Assembly (NCBI GenBank): GCA_964016885.1
Contig: OZ024750.1
Span: 27,342,001-27,406,000, forward strand
DNA: 64,000 nucleotides
Direction of reading: 5' to 3'
DNA from: Eledone cirrhosa
Lineage: Eukaryota
Below are positions 15,004 to 30,345 of the stretch, one piece after another. Under the pieces are notes generated by a model. That model saw only the letters and a program-made list of their open reading frames with translations. It made no database searches and was not told the DNA's origin. Position numbers and translations under genes: made by a program. Position 1 is the stretch's first letter. Each line of letters opens with the position of its first letter.

Positions 15004-15029
15004 TGTTTGTAAAAACTAAGGCTTGTAGT

Positions 15030-16280
15030 ATACGGTGTTATCCATAGGCTGCTCTTATTGTATTAATCGGAACCAATGACTGACATGGTTTAACTCGGGA
15101 TTAAACACCGCAAGGTGTTTGGTTCTCTGTTCGTCTGATTCCATCGTGATAGAAAATAGTGAACCTTGCTACTCTGGTGTTTCATTAGATAAAACACTTT
15201 TTTCCCCCACCTGGGAGTGAAAGGCCCACAGTTGTTATCACACCTTTCTAGGAGAGGGAAACTCTGAAAAATACCTGTGGCTTCGGAAGCATCTGGCGAT
15301 GTTGACCAGTTCCCCTTTTCGGGTAGTGTTTTCGATGCTCAAAGAGTAGGATTGGTCGAGTGCAAGGCCTTTCCCCACTAAAATAATCTTCAAAGCATTG
15401 CTCGTTCAGGATATGTTAGTGGTTTATGTGGCTGGTCGTAGCCTAAAACTGCACCAAACTATAATCTGACAAGCGATCGCAGTACACTTAGCAGAGTTTG
15501 CAGCCATCATGTATGTATGTATAAAAGCTTCACGGCACATGCATTGCTTTATATCTGGAGATCTCTCTGCACTTGTCGTCACATGGTGCCATGGGCCCAG
15601 CACTATGTGTCAATAATTGTCACAAGTGTAGTGTTTGTACCAGAGTTTACAAGTCGCTGGCTGGACTAAAAATTCACACTCGTTCAGCGCATCGGTAGGG
15701 GTTCTCCTACATGTATATAAAGTAGTGGCCGTACTCGAAAACGAGTTGGCAGCCACCATGTATGTATGTATGTATGTATGTATGTATGTATGTATGTATG
15801 TATGTCAGGTCGCTCTTCAGCGCTACTGGTAACATCTAACTCAGTACAACCTGTGCATGATCGGGTCTTCGGCGACTAAACCAGCATCCCCGCCAGGTTT
15901 GCTTGGTGAGGAGGGTGATTTTGGACACCCTGCAGGATAAAAAACAAAGCCCGTCAAAGGGCGGAGGAACTCAGGAGGGTCAATGGCTGTCCATTAAATT
16001 TTTTTTTTATGGAGCGAGAGATTCCTAGTCTTCATCAAGATAACTCTCTAGGGGAAGGTCACTCTGATATAAAACCTGCGACTTCATTTGAATCCAATGA
16101 TGTAGACCAGTTCTACTTTTTAAGTAAATGCATTCGATGTTCAGTGAGAGGGATTGGCCCCGTGCAAAGCATTTCCTCGCTTAAAAAAAGCTTAAGGCAC
16201 AGGCTTTGTTTGATATGTGAGATATCTCATGCTTAAGTATCAAGTGAAGGCATTACTCGAAATCGAGTTGTAGCTCTCAT
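15030..16280 (+). mobile_element. Three tandem family G-related copies
   Basis: Each ends with a gagttggcagccaccat-like terminus followed by (GTAT)n or a TA/TG-rich repeat. Confidence 0.6.
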
Positions 16281-16413
16281 ATATGTATGTATATATAAGT
16301 GTGTGTGTGTCCGTGTCTGCGAGTATTTGTTTATACTATGGATTTCCTATCTGTATGCATTTTCGCTTTTTTGCATATTCTGTGTTAGCAAGCATATATA
16401 TGTAGGTAGATGA

Positions 16414-16494
<81 letters not shown>

Positions 16495-16611
16495 CATATA
16501 TATTAATATACATATATATACGTAGGTCCCGGGTTGAGTCGGGGATAACCACAGTAAGTAAGGTACTCAATGAAACAGTACTAGTCCTGTAGAAGTTCCT
16601 TCTATAAAATA

Positions 16612-16685
<74 letters not shown>

Positions 16686-17374
16686 TATATAAATATATAT
16701 ATATATATATTTATTTATATAATATATATTTATATATATATAATATATATGTGTGGGTGTTTGTGGTGTTTTATGTTAGTCCTAAGCGGCCTTATATTAC
16801 TCGGCATGTTGAATCCTAATAAAATATCTCGGTTAATTTTATGTCTTGTGTAACAAAATATGTTATTCTTAAAGTGGGTTAAATGTTATTCCAAATTATA
16901 CTAATTAAACGTTAATTAAATGATCAAAGTTTTACTTTAAATTAAGTTTCACGCCGTAATTAATGTTTGTTCTAGAACATCGCTTGTATTAGAAGGTTTC
17001 ATCTTCGTTGCCTTCTGATGAGGAGATAAAAACATCTAAAAGCATAAAGATGATCTCTTATTTTCTATATTAAATTTTCCTTAAATAGCCACACACACAC
17101 ATACACACACACACACACACACACATATATATGCATACATGCACAGACACAGACACACAAATGTATGTAGTTATATATAATAGGTACATTCCCGAGGGGG
17201 ATCGGGAGGTGACCACAGTTAATAGATGTACTCAATACGTGGGTTGAGTATAGGCATCTATATTTCATATAGAAATGACTTCTACATGATTAGAACTGTT
17301 TCATTCATAAGAAATCATCATGATTTCATACGAGCGAAACAGTTCTAGTGCTGTTGAGATTACTTTTCTATAAA

Positions 17375-17575
17375 ATAATTGTTTCTACTTTTAGCACAAG
17401 GCCAGCAATTAAGTACCAGTGTATTACTGGTACTTTATTTTATCGACCCCGTAAGGATGAAAGGCAAAGTTAACCTCGGTGGGATTTGAACTCAAATAAT
17501 AAAGAGCCGTAACTCTTTGCTGCAAATGCAAAGCATGGCGTCACACCCTCTGCCGATACTGCTATTCCACCGCCA
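17375..17575 (-). mobile_element. Dominant SINE
   Basis: Full reverse-complement copy; taaaataat on both sides. Confidence 0.85.
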
Positions 17576-17762
17576 CTTCTCTCTAAAATAATGACACACA
17601 CATATATACGCACACATATATACACACACACGCATATATATATATATAGGTTGTAATAAAATGAAAACGAAATTTCATTTCTCACTCTTAGTACGGCACT
17701 TACTTAAATGTAAGTATGTATGTATACGTACATACATATATGTATACAGACGTACAGTAGCA

Positions 17763-17838
<76 letters not shown>

Positions 17839-18003
17839 TACATATATACATACAGGTACACATACATATATGTACGCATCAGTTTAGCGGACGCTTATTA
17901 TAGCGCCCGCTTTGTTCGTTTGTAAACAAACTGAACAGCCTGAATTTATGCCGCACGGTGTTAAGGCAACCATGTCACCCTTTTGTTCAACACTGACACA
18001 GGA

Positions 18004-18046
18004 ACGATGTACTAGTTTCAAGCTTGTTAGCTATCATCAGCACCGT
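18004..18046 (-). ncRNA. Type I hammerhead ribozyme (family R, unit 1)
   Basis: Minus strand reads acggtg CTGATGA t-agct-aaca-agct-t GAAA cta GTA catcgt. 6-bp stem I, palindromic stem III ACTAGT, GUA triplet. Confidence 0.9.
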
Positions 18047-18282
18047 ATACCCATCTGCCAGATAGTTGAACGTTCGAAAGTATATACTTTCCTTGTGAAA
18101 ATTAACGGCTGAGCAGCCTAATTTGCATATCGAGTGAGTTAAATCGGTCAGGCGGACCGAAAACGATGAGTTGTAATAAAATGAAAACGAAATTTCATTT
18201 CTCACTCTTAGTATGGCACTTACATAAATGTAAGTATGTATGTATACGTACATACATATATGTATACAGACGTATAGTAGCA

Positions 18283-18342
<60 letters not shown>

Positions 18343-18497
18343 CATACAGGTACACATACATATATGTACGCATCAGTTTAGCGGACGCTTATTATAGCGC
18401 CCGCTTTGTTCGTTTGTAAACAAACTGAACAGCCTGAATTTATGCCGCACGGTGTTAAGGCAACCATGTCACCCTTTTGTTCAACACTGACACAGGA

Positions 18498-18540
18498 ACG
18501 ATGTACTAGTTTCAAGCTTGTTAGCTATCATCAGTACCGT
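18498..18540 (-). ncRNA. Hammerhead ribozyme (family R, unit 2)
   Basis: As unit 1 but acggta, giving an A-C mismatch at the first pair of stem I. Confidence 0.75.
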
Positions 18541-18791
18541 ATACCCATCTGCCAGATAGTTGAACGTTCGAAAGTATATACTTTCCTTGTGAAAATTAAC
18601 GGCTGAGCAGCCTAATTTGCATATCGAGTGAGTTAAATCGGTCAGGCGGACCGAAAACGATGAGTTGTAATAAAATGAAAACGAAATTTCATTTCTCACT
18701 CTTAGTATGGCACTTACATAAATGTAAGTATGTATGTATACGTACATACATATATGTATACAGACGTATAGTAGCATGCATATTTATATAT

Positions 18792-18874
<83 letters not shown>

Positions 18875-19031
18875 TACATACAGGTACACATACATATATG
18901 TACGCATCAGTTTAGCGGACGCTTATTATAGCGCCCGCTTTGTTCGTTTGTAAACAAACTGAACAGCCTGAATTTATGCCGCACGGTGTTAAGGCAACCA
19001 TGTCACCCTTTTGTTCAACACTGACACAGGA

Positions 19032-19074
19032 ACGATGTACTAGTTTCAAGCTTGTTAGCTATCATCAGTACCGT
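19032..19074 (-). ncRNA. Hammerhead ribozyme (family R, unit 3)
   Basis: Same sequence as unit 2. Confidence 0.75.
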
Positions 19075-19310
19075 ATACCCATCTGCCAGATAGTTGAACG
19101 TTCGAAAGTATATACTTTCCTTGTGAAAATTAACGGCTGAGCAGCCTAATTTGCATATCGAGTGAGTTAAATCGGTCAGGCGGACCGAAAACGATGAGTT
19201 GTAATAAAATGAAAACGAAATTTCATTTCTCACTCTTAGTATGGCACTTACATAAATGTAAGTATGTATGTATACGTACATACATATATGTATACAGACG
19301 TATAGTAGCA

Positions 19311-19386
<76 letters not shown>

Positions 19387-19719
19387 TACATACAGGTACA
19401 CATACATATATGTACGCATCAGTTTAGCGGACGCTTATTATAGCGCCCGCTTTGTTCGTTTGTAAACAAACTGAACAGCCTGAATTTATGCCGCACGGTG
19501 TTAAGGCAACCACGTCACCTGATGCGTACATATATGTGTGTGTACCTGTATGTATATATGTATATAGATATATATATATATATATGCATGCTACTGTACG
19601 TCTGTATACATATATGTATGTACGTATACATACATACTTACATTTAAGTAAACAAACAAACAGCCCGAATTACGCCGTACAGTTTTAGGCAACCACGTCA
19701 CCTTTTTGCTCAACACTGA

Positions 19720-19762
19720 ACGATATACTAGTTTCAAGATTATTAGCTATCGTCAGCATCGT
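19720..19762 (-). ncRNA. Hammerhead ribozyme (family R, diverged unit)
   Basis: acgatg CTGACGA tagctaataatctt GAAA cta GTA tatcgt. Stem I substitutions keep pairing, and the core change is at the free N7 position. Confidence 0.8.
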
Positions 19763-20623
19763 ATACCTTCCTGCCAGATGGTTGAACGTCTGAAAGTATA
19801 TACTTTCCTTATGCATATTAACGTCTGAGCAGCCTAATTTGCATATCTAGTGAGTTCAGTCGGCCGGGCACACCGAAAACGATAAATGGAATAGAATGAA
19901 ACGAAATTTCATTTCTCACTCTTAGTACGGCACTTACTTAAATGTAAGTATGTATGTATACGTACATACATATATGTATACAGACGTACAGTAGTATGTA
20001 TATATATACATACATGCACACTTATATATATGCACTATATATATGTGTTTGTATCTATATTATATCTGTATTTTTAACCGTTGGTCAGTCAATGTTAACA
20101 TTGAGGACCGAATAAATTAAATTAACTGATATAAAAGATACAGAAGCGAAAACCAACCAAACAGTGAGTGTGTTCTGTTATTAATTCTGGCAATATTATT
20201 ACACAAATATGACCCTCCCCATGTATATATACATATATATATATATATGTATATAAATGAGTCTATTTATAGACATCCTAAATATTCAGTACGTAAACGT
20301 GCATATGTACACGAACGACATGTTTATAGCTGTTCTATATACACGTACACAAACAGGTTTGAATAGAATGGAAAATAAAATGTCTTTAAGGAAAAAGAAA
20401 AAAAAAAATATGTATCAATTCCATGCCTGAAAATGATAAAACACGCACGCCTGGCAAGATGTGAATTCTTGACATCAGATATTAGGTTTAATCATAGACT
20501 GAACCTTGGCTACTCGTTCCTTGTGTTATATGTTTAGATCTTGCCATTCTCTCTGTTGATTCCAGTTACAAATCTTATTATAAAGAACGGATAGTAAGTA
20601 ATATTACAGGCGATTATTATTAC

Positions 20624-20995
20624 TTGGCAGTATCGGTAGAGGGTCGGACGCCATGCTTTGACGCATAGAGTTACGGCCCTTGCCATTCTGAGTTCAAATC
20701 CCGCCAAGGTTAACTTTACCTTTCATCCTTACGGAGTCGATCAAATAAAGTACCAGTAATGCACTGGGTTAATTGCTGGCCTTGTGCCAAAAGTAGAAAC
20801 AATTATTACTTGGCAGTATCGGTAGAGGGTCGGACGCCATGCTTTGACGCATAGAGTTACGGCCCTTGCCATTCTGAGTTCAAATCCCGCCAAGGTTAAC
20901 TTTGCCTTTCATCCTTACGGGGTCGATAAAATAAAGTACCAGTAATGTACTGGGGTAATTTCTGGCCTTGTGCCAAAAGTAGAAACAATTATTAC
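20624..20995 (+). mobile_element. Head-to-tail SINE dimer
   Basis: Two near-identical units, with attattactt at all three junctions. Confidence 0.9.
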
Positions 20996-21392
20996 TTTTG
21001 TTTCTGTTGTTTTTTCAACTCCCGTCCAAGACTTAAAAGGCCTGTATTTCATCTCTAGTTTCCCTTAACATTAAGCAGATGGAAGATAAATCTATCAATT
21101 CTGCTTAGAACTCTTGACAATTGCAAGATAAGTATCCACACGAGCAATTGTTTATTTATTGTTACGACTTGAGTTGGGAAGTTTCCCTCCACAAGATTAT
21201 AGTAATATGTTTTTGCAAGTGTAGTATAGTAGTTATACTTCTTGGTTTTATCATTTGGGGGTCTGCTAAAATGTTAGTCGATATGTTAAGCATACGATGT
21301 ACCATAGAAAGGTTTCGAGGATTTAATACTGATTTCTATATTTAGCATAAGGGTAGAGACTTTTGCGACCAAGAACTTTAGATGGATTAATC

Positions 21393-21737
21393 CAGATTTT
21401 CTCAAAGTGAACGGTATCCCCCCCCCCCCTTCCCCCGAGGGCTTTGAGAAGGTCCGGGGGGCGCTGGGGGCTGAGGCGGTAGAGATGATATAATAGTATA
21501 TTAAATATCAAATAATACATGTTATATATAAATATAGTAAAATAAAAAAAATATGTTTATTTATGCATAGTATATATTATATTATTTATTATATATAAAT
21601 TAACGATTTCATTTATTATATATTATGTACAATTTGCGTGTTGGCAGGTCTCCTTGGAAATAGGGTTAAGGGGGGTCTTCTGAGGGTATTACGTGGCCAT
21701 GAGGGGGCAGGTGGCCCAAAAGGTTTGTGAACCTCTA
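21393..21737. mobile_element. hAT (Charlie-like) MITE
   Basis: 8-bp TSD gattaatc at 21385-21392 and 21738-21745; degenerate TIR cagattttctcaaa / tttgtgaacctcta. Confidence 0.7.
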
Positions 21738-22052
21738 GATTAATCGATCCTAGCATATCTGTTAATTATGTTATGAAAACCACAAGGATAAAACATATAT
21801 TAGATATCCTTTATTGTGGTTGTGCTCTCACAGGGGTATCAACTCCAGAGTAAGAAAACTCAACACTTAGCCATGATTAAAAAAAAAAATTAAACTCTAT
21901 TTCGGTATTGAGTACTCATTCCCGCGTCCGTCAATAAATAACACATAGGTATATTTGATATTGTCAAATCTTGAAGTTAGAATGTGTAATAGAACTTAAC
22001 TAAATATCGTAAGACCTTATACCCAGTGATCTACTCCTTGTATTATCTAAAT

Positions 22053-22795
22053 ATAGAGGGTCGGACGCCATGCTTTGCAGCATAGAGTTAAGGCCCTTTA
22101 TGATATGAGTTCAAATCCCGCCAAAGTTAACTTTGCCTTTCATCCTTACAGGGTCGATAAAATAAAGTACCAGTCACGCATTGGGGTCGATTTAATGCAC
22201 TTTCCCCTCCTCCCAAATTGCTGTCCTTGTGCCTATATATGAAACCATTATCTAAATATAGAGGAGTACACAATATTTAGTTGAGTGCTCAACATTTAGT
22301 TATCGTACATCATGTTCAGTCTTTTGGATACTTTAATACTACTTTAATATAAGCACAATGTCAGCAATTATTTGAGGAGAAAGAAAAAGTCAATTATATC
22401 GACAAGTACTTGACTGGTACTAATTGTATCGACTTCAGAAGGATGAATGGCAAAATTGACCGCGGCGGGATTTGACCCCATAATGAAAAATATCAACTAA
22501 ATACTGCAGAGCATTTTGTCCGATCCTCTACCAATTCTGCCAATCCAGCGCCCTACTTAAACTCTTAATATTGGTTTCTGATATAGGTACAAGGCCAACA
22601 ATTTGATGGAAGGGGAATATCGTTTAGGTAAATCGACCCCAGTGCGTTACTGGTACTTTATTTTAGCGATCCCGTAAGGATGAAAAGCAAAGCCAACCTC
22701 GGCGGGATTTGAACTCAGGACGTAAAGGGGCGTAACTCTATGCTGTAAAGCATGATGTCCGACGCTCTACCGGGTCTGCTGTCAATCCACCAACC
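22053..22795. mobile_element. SINE cluster: one 5'-truncated plus copy and two minus copies
   Basis: First copy bounded by TSD attatctaaatatagagg; minus copies at ~22350-22555 and ~22570-22795. Confidence 0.85.
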
Positions 22796-22914
22796 TACTT
22801 GAGACTCTTTAATAAACAACAATATTATGAGAAATACAAAAACTTGCAGTTCATTATACTTACAGCTTGAATCAGAAAGATATTCTATTTCATTATAAAA
22901 TTCAGGTTCATGTT

Positions 22915-23277
22915 TCAGTTTAAACTTCGCCTAAAGCTTAATAGTTTGAAGTTAGGATTAAACTTAGCCTAAAGCTTTATAGTTTAAAGTTAGGATTAAA
23001 CTTAACCTAAAACTTAAATTTAAAGTTAGGATTAAACTTAACCAAAAACTTAAATTTAAAGTTCGGATTAAACTTAACCTAAAACTTAAATTTAAAGATA
23101 GGATTAAACTTCGCCTAAAGCTTTATAGCTTAAAGTTAGGATTAAACTTAGCTAAAAGATTAAGTTTAAAGTTAGGATTAAACTTAGTCTAAAGCTTTGT
23201 AGTTTAAAGTTAGGATTAAACAGCCTAAAGTTTTATAGTTTAAAGTTAGGATTAAACTTAGCTAAAAGCTTAAGTTT
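22915..23277. repeat. 32-38-bp minisatellite ttaaagttaggattaaacttagcctaaag
   Basis: About 10 units, partly self-complementary. Confidence 0.9.
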
Positions 23278-23491
23278 TCTCTTTGATCATCTCTTGATAA
23301 TGGGTTTTTAAATCCGAAAATATCTGAGATAATTAAATTTGCTTAGGTAAAATTCTATCGTCGTCATTCTTTCCTGTATAACTTATATAACCTTGGCACC
23401 TTTACTCTTGTACGCATTGTAGGGCTTTTTCAACTTATTTAAATTTGTATTTCCTGTTCCAACAACGCTTCAAGCAAACTACAACACTCTG

Positions 23492-23557
<66 letters not shown>

Positions 23558-23976
23558 ATGTGTATAAATATATATATCAAATGAAGCAATGGAGTAAAGG
23601 GACTCCCGTTGTTACCTGATAAGCGAAACAATCCTACCATGGACTTTACAGGTGTCATAGTTATTGAGATATACTTTTAAATATATTAATCTGTTTGATT
23701 ATAATGTTTTACTCGTACCTTTCACAGATTATGTCTTTCACTCTGGTGGTAAAATACTCTATAATGAAAAAGCATGTTCTTTTCATGTATTCTCTCATAT
23801 ATATATATATATATATATAAATGAAATAATATATATATATATATATATTTTTTTTTTGTCTTTATATATATTTTTTGTCTTTATTTGTTAATTTTTCATT
23901 CGCACCGTTTCCTTTCCCTATATGTCTCTCCACCACTCCCCTACACACCTTTTGAACTCTGTTCCCACACACTTCT

Positions 23977-24010
23977 CACCTGAAGAAGGGCTTATGCCCG
24001 AAACGTCGCC
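23977..24010 (+). ncRNA. Minimal Penelope-type hammerhead core, stem I damaged
   Basis: CTGAAGA a-gggc-ttat-gccc GAAAC GTC, followed by AATAAA and a TA tract; stem I pairing is lost. Confidence 0.55.
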
Positions 24011-24374
24011 CCCCCCCCCCCCCCCACTCTCCTGAGCGTGAATTTAATAAACATTTATTGTACTGCCTCTCTGTTCTGTCCCTGTTCATATTTTCATTAT
24101 ATATATATATATATTTTATTATATATAGAGTTATAAAATAAAATAGTCTTTTACAATTAATTGTTGCGAAACAAATTTAAAATTTAAAATTTAAATTTGT
24201 CCAGGTATCACGGCTATTGCCAATATAGGTTTGTTTTTATTGATTTATTATTTTAAATCGAGACAGGCAAACCGTATTATTTTAATTAGTATTTTTCAAT
24301 CTAGCTAACTTGGTCATTTGCAATGCAAACACATGTATACTTGTATCAGTGTTTATCCCATTCATATATTCATT

Positions 24375-24431
<57 letters not shown>

Positions 24432-25182
24432 GTCTGTGTTTGAGTTTTCAAATATATTGCGGCAGTGTTTGCGTGTATCTGTAGTATATATATATATATA
24501 TATAAGTATTTCTTATTCCACAATGCTTCAAGCAAACTACAACAGTTTGTTAAGTTTAAAGTTAGGATTGTCATTTTCATCTACGTTCTAACACAATCCT
24601 CTAAATTTAGAAACATTTTATGAAATATGTTTAGTAACTTCGTGATGGTCAACGAAATAATTGTTTCTACTTTTGGCACAAGGTCAGCAATTACTCAGTG
24701 CATTACTGGTACTTTATTTTTTCGACGAAATAATACAAAGTATTCATAAGATAGACTTTTTTTCCTATATTTTATGATATATCGTTTCTTGGTTTTTCTT
24801 TACATTTACAGACCTTAGCATATATACTATAGAGAGATATAATCCCGACCACAGCGCCAAGCGGTTTCCCCTCTCTCCCTATCTATCTCTGAATACGTGA
24901 ATACAGACATATTTAACAGTGGAAAAGCGATATATATACTTTATAAGTAAAATAAAATAAGATCTAATCGATAGTTTCAGGTCAGTGGTTCTTTAAAAGT
25001 ATTGTAAGGGATAGTCTATAACTACATTAATCTGATCAACAAGTAGATATGATTATGCCACAAACATGATTGTTTGCAAACCGTTCGGAAAAACAAGGCA
25101 TGACATTAACGTAGAAACGAACATATGGAAAAAAGATACTCACACACACACACATAGACTCTCAGCCGTCAACCACATAAGG

Positions 25183-25218
<36 letters not shown>

Positions 25219-25240
25219 ATATATATAAATAAATAAATAA

Positions 25241-25349
<109 letters not shown>

Positions 25350-25378
25350 ATATATTATATATATATATACATATATTC

Positions 25379-25455
<77 letters not shown>

Positions 25456-25469
25456 TATACATATATATA

Positions 25470-25516
<47 letters not shown>

Positions 25517-25601
25517 TTTTATATATATATACTCTCAGCCCCCCCCCCCCCCCCAACACATACGGATATATATCTATTCAAATATATATATACATATATT
25601 C

Positions 25602-25708
<107 letters not shown>

Positions 25709-26221
25709 CGCAACAAAAACTACGCAAATAAAACAAAACCATTTCAATTCTCATTTGACACATTCTGGCATAACTAATTCCTTTTACAGCCTTGCAGCTT
25801 AGATTTCCTTTCGATGTATTTTATCTAGGTTGCAAATGGTGACCTAGTTAGACTTCATGGAACTACCAAACGACTCATTTATCTTTTAGTGATAGCTTAG
25901 CCTTCTAAAACCACTTTAAAACATGCACACATGTTCAACATTTCATAGCTATCTGTTGATATCTTTTTATATTTATTTATTAATCATCTGTATATTAATT
26001 AATTATTAAAGACAGCATTATTTAATATGTACGCCACAGAAAATATCGTTATTCTTCAATTCTAGCTCTGTTTCTTGTTTTGTTTTGTTATGTTAACTTT
26101 TATTCAAGCATATCTAAGCCATAGTTTGAAGATCCTATCAACAGCGGGTGTTATTTCGAATCTTAATTATATTTTCTCTTCAATCTTCAATGATAATTTT
26201 CCACATGTTGATATCATAAAC

Positions 26222-27640
26222 ATAATTGTTTCTACTATTGGCACAAGGCCAGAAATTACCCAGTACATTACTGGTACTTTATTTTATCGACCCCGTAAGG
26301 ATGAAAGGCAAAGTTAACCTCGGCGGGATTTGAACTCAGAATGGCAAGGGCCGTAACTCTATGCGTCAAAGCATGGCGTCCGACCCTTTACCGATACTGC
26401 CAATCTACCGCCCTTGATATCATAAACATAATGTTTGTGGATTGGCAGTATCGGTAGTGGGTCAGACACCATGCTTTCCAGCATAGTTACGTCCCTTTAC
26501 GATCTGAGTTCAAATCCCGCCGAGGTTGACTTTGCCTTTCATCCTTACGGGGTCGATAAAATAAAAGTACCAGTAATGCACTGGGTAATTGCTGGCATTG
26601 TGCCTAAAGTAGAAACAGTTATTTTCTGAAACTGAAGGGCGGTGGATTGGCAGTATCGGTAGAGCGTCGGGTGCCATGCTTTGTAAGCATAGAATTACGG
26701 CCCTTGCCATTCTGAGTTCAAATCCCGCCGAGGTTAACTTTACTTTTCATCCTTACGGGGTCGATAAAATAAAGTACCAGTAATACAATTGGGTAATTGC
26801 TGGCCTTGTGCCAAAAGTAGAAACAATTATTTAATATGTACGCCTCAGAAAATATCATTATTCTTCAATTATGTTTCTTGTTTTGTTTTGTTATGTTAAC
26901 TTTTCAAGCATATCTAAGCCATAATTTGAAGATCCTATCAATAGCGGGTGTTATTTCGAATCTTAATTATATTTTCTCTTTAATGATAATTTTCCACATG
27001 TTGATATCATAAACATAATTTTATTATTATTTTCTTAGTTCAAATCCCGCCAAGGTTAACTTTGCCTTTCATCCTTACGGGATCGATAAAATAAAGTACC
27101 AGTAATACACTAGGTGATTGCTGGCCTTGTGCCAAAAGTAGAAACAATTATTATTTTCTGAAACTATTGTGTTTCTGAAACTATTGTGTTTCAAACATAT
27201 AAATGTTTCCGCATAGAAAATCATGAATCATATTTCATCCTTAGGAGGTTGATAAAATAAAATACCAGTAACACACTGGGGTCGATTTAATCGACTTCCC
27301 CTCCCTTCAAAGTGTTGGCCTTGTGCCTAAATCAGGAACCATTATTTTATTGTTTTGGGGGGTGGATTGGCAGTATCGGTAGAGGGTCGGACGCCATTCT
27401 TTGCAGCAAAGAGTTACGTCCCTTTACGATCTGAGTTCAAATCCCGCCGAGGTTAACTTTGCTTTCATCCTTACGGGGTCGATAAAATAAAGTACCAGTA
27501 ATGAACTGGGTAATTGCTGGCCTTGTGCCAAAAGTAGAAACGGTTATGTTATTATTTTATGCAATTGTTATATATAATATAATTGTTTCGGCTTTTGGCA
27601 CAAGGCCAGCAATTACCACAGTGCATTACTGGTACTTTAT
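26222..27640. mobile_element. Dense SINE cluster (seven copies or fragments, both orientations)
   Basis: 26222-26412 (-; TSD ttgatatcataaacataat), 26436-26622, 26637-26830, 27037-27155, 27232-27345, 27358-27545 (+), 27580-27640 (-). Confidence 0.88.
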
Positions 27641-27961
27641 TTTCCATTTCAAACTCTCCTTATTTCCGATTTTACTTTTGGTAAATTCCTTTTTTTCCGT
27701 TTTTACTTTTCATAAATTCTGATTTTTTTTTTAAATTCTATTTTATTGTATTTCCTGGGTAAATTAGAATAAATTGTACTATAAATATTATTAAATCTGG
27801 AACAAATTACCGAATTTTAGGGAAATATTTATCACGAAAATTATTTTAAGGCGGGCCATACAAAGATTGTTTGCAGGCTGCGTGTTTGAGGTCCCTGCTC
27901 AAAATATCTGGCAATTCACCGCCTTTTATATACCTTAAAACATATACCGCTTGACTAATTG

Positions 27962-28017
<56 letters not shown>

Positions 28018-28046
28018 TTCTCTCTCTCTCTCTCTCCCTCTCTCTT

Positions 28047-28077
<31 letters not shown>

Positions 28078-28090
28078 CTCTTTCTTTCTT

Positions 28091-28170
<80 letters not shown>

Positions 28171-29429
28171 CTCTCTTTCTATTTCTCACTTTCTCTCTTT
28201 CTCTCTCTCTATCTCTCTCTTTCTCTCTCCCTCTTTCTCTCTCTTTCTCTCTGTATAATAAAATTACTGACGGTGAATGCTTCAACATACACGCGCACTT
28301 ATACACATTTATACACTAACGCACACACACACGTACACACATACACACATATGAAGGCACACACAAACATACAAAGAAGTAGTCACATATACACTTATGC
28401 ATGCACATGCTCACACATACACGAACATACACATACACACACACAGCCACTCATATACACAAAGAAGGAAGTAATCACATATACAATTGTACATGCACAT
28501 ACAAATGGACACACATACACAAATGCTCACGCACAGACATACACAAACACACAAACAATTATTCACATACAGACGTGCACACACACACACACACACACAT
28601 ACATGCAGAAAAACACAAACATACAAAGAAGTTGTCACATATAAACTTGTGCACGCATACACACACACTCACACACACATACACACGCACTCAAACACAC
28701 ATTCACATACTCACACACAAACTCACACACATTCACACACATCCACACGCACACTCTCTTGCACACATACACACACATTCATACACTCACACATACATGC
28801 AGAAAAACACTAACATACAAAGAAGTAGTCACATATACACATGTGCATGCATACACACTCTCTCTCTCTCTCGCTCTCTCTCTCTCACACACACTCCCTC
28901 ACATACACTCTCTTTACACAGACATATTCACACACACTCTCTTTACACAGACATATTCACACACACACGCGCACACACTCACACACAGTCATACACACAC
29001 ACACACACATATATACACTCTCTCACACACACATGCACATACCTTCAAACATATCTAGTTGATGAGTTTGATCTTCGTGTGATTTAGATAGATAAAAGAA
29101 AATGGCGAATACTTTAGTTACTCCGACAGAAACTGCTTCGTCTTTAGTTTATGTCTCTAGATCTCTAGATTTATTTAATTATTTATTTATTCTACATTCC
29201 GTCTTACACTCGTCTCGCTTTCGAGTATTTTTGAGGGGGTTTTTTTTTTTTTGTTTCAGATAAAAATCTCTCCCTTTGTTGTTCCTTTTTATCTCAAAAG
29301 ATAAAAAGGCGAAGGGATTAACTAAAACATCCTAGGAAATTATCTTTGTATTAAGATCTAACAACACACAGAGAGACAACGAAAATATTGTAGAAAACAC
29401 ATACATGTGAAGAGATATTTGTATATATA

Positions 29430-30300
<871 letters not shown>

Positions 30301-30342
<42 letters not shown>
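30301..30342. repeat. (GATA)n tract at the 3' junction of the Tx1 element
   Basis: About 10 perfect GATA units abut the element end; no poly(A) tail. Confidence 0.95.
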
Positions 30343-30345
30343 TTC

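Larger units (their letters stand above)
17649..20000 (-). mobile_element. Retrozyme-like array of ~494-534-bp hammerhead-containing units (family R)
   Basis: Three near-identical full units whose length differs through an internal (TA)n tract, a truncated fourth unit, an inverted fragment (~19520-19650) and a diverged fifth unit. Confidence 0.85.

Noticed and set aside
17010-17055. CTGATGA with a stem II-like hairpin
   Set aside because: GAAA and a cleavage triplet are not recoverable; at best a decayed relic.
22915-23277. Interstitial telomere (TTAGG-like)
   Set aside because: TTAGG occurs once per 32-38-bp unit rather than in tandem.
23616-23629. CTGATAAGCGAAAC as a minimal hammerhead
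   Set aside because: G8 is mutated and no stem I or stem III pairing was found.
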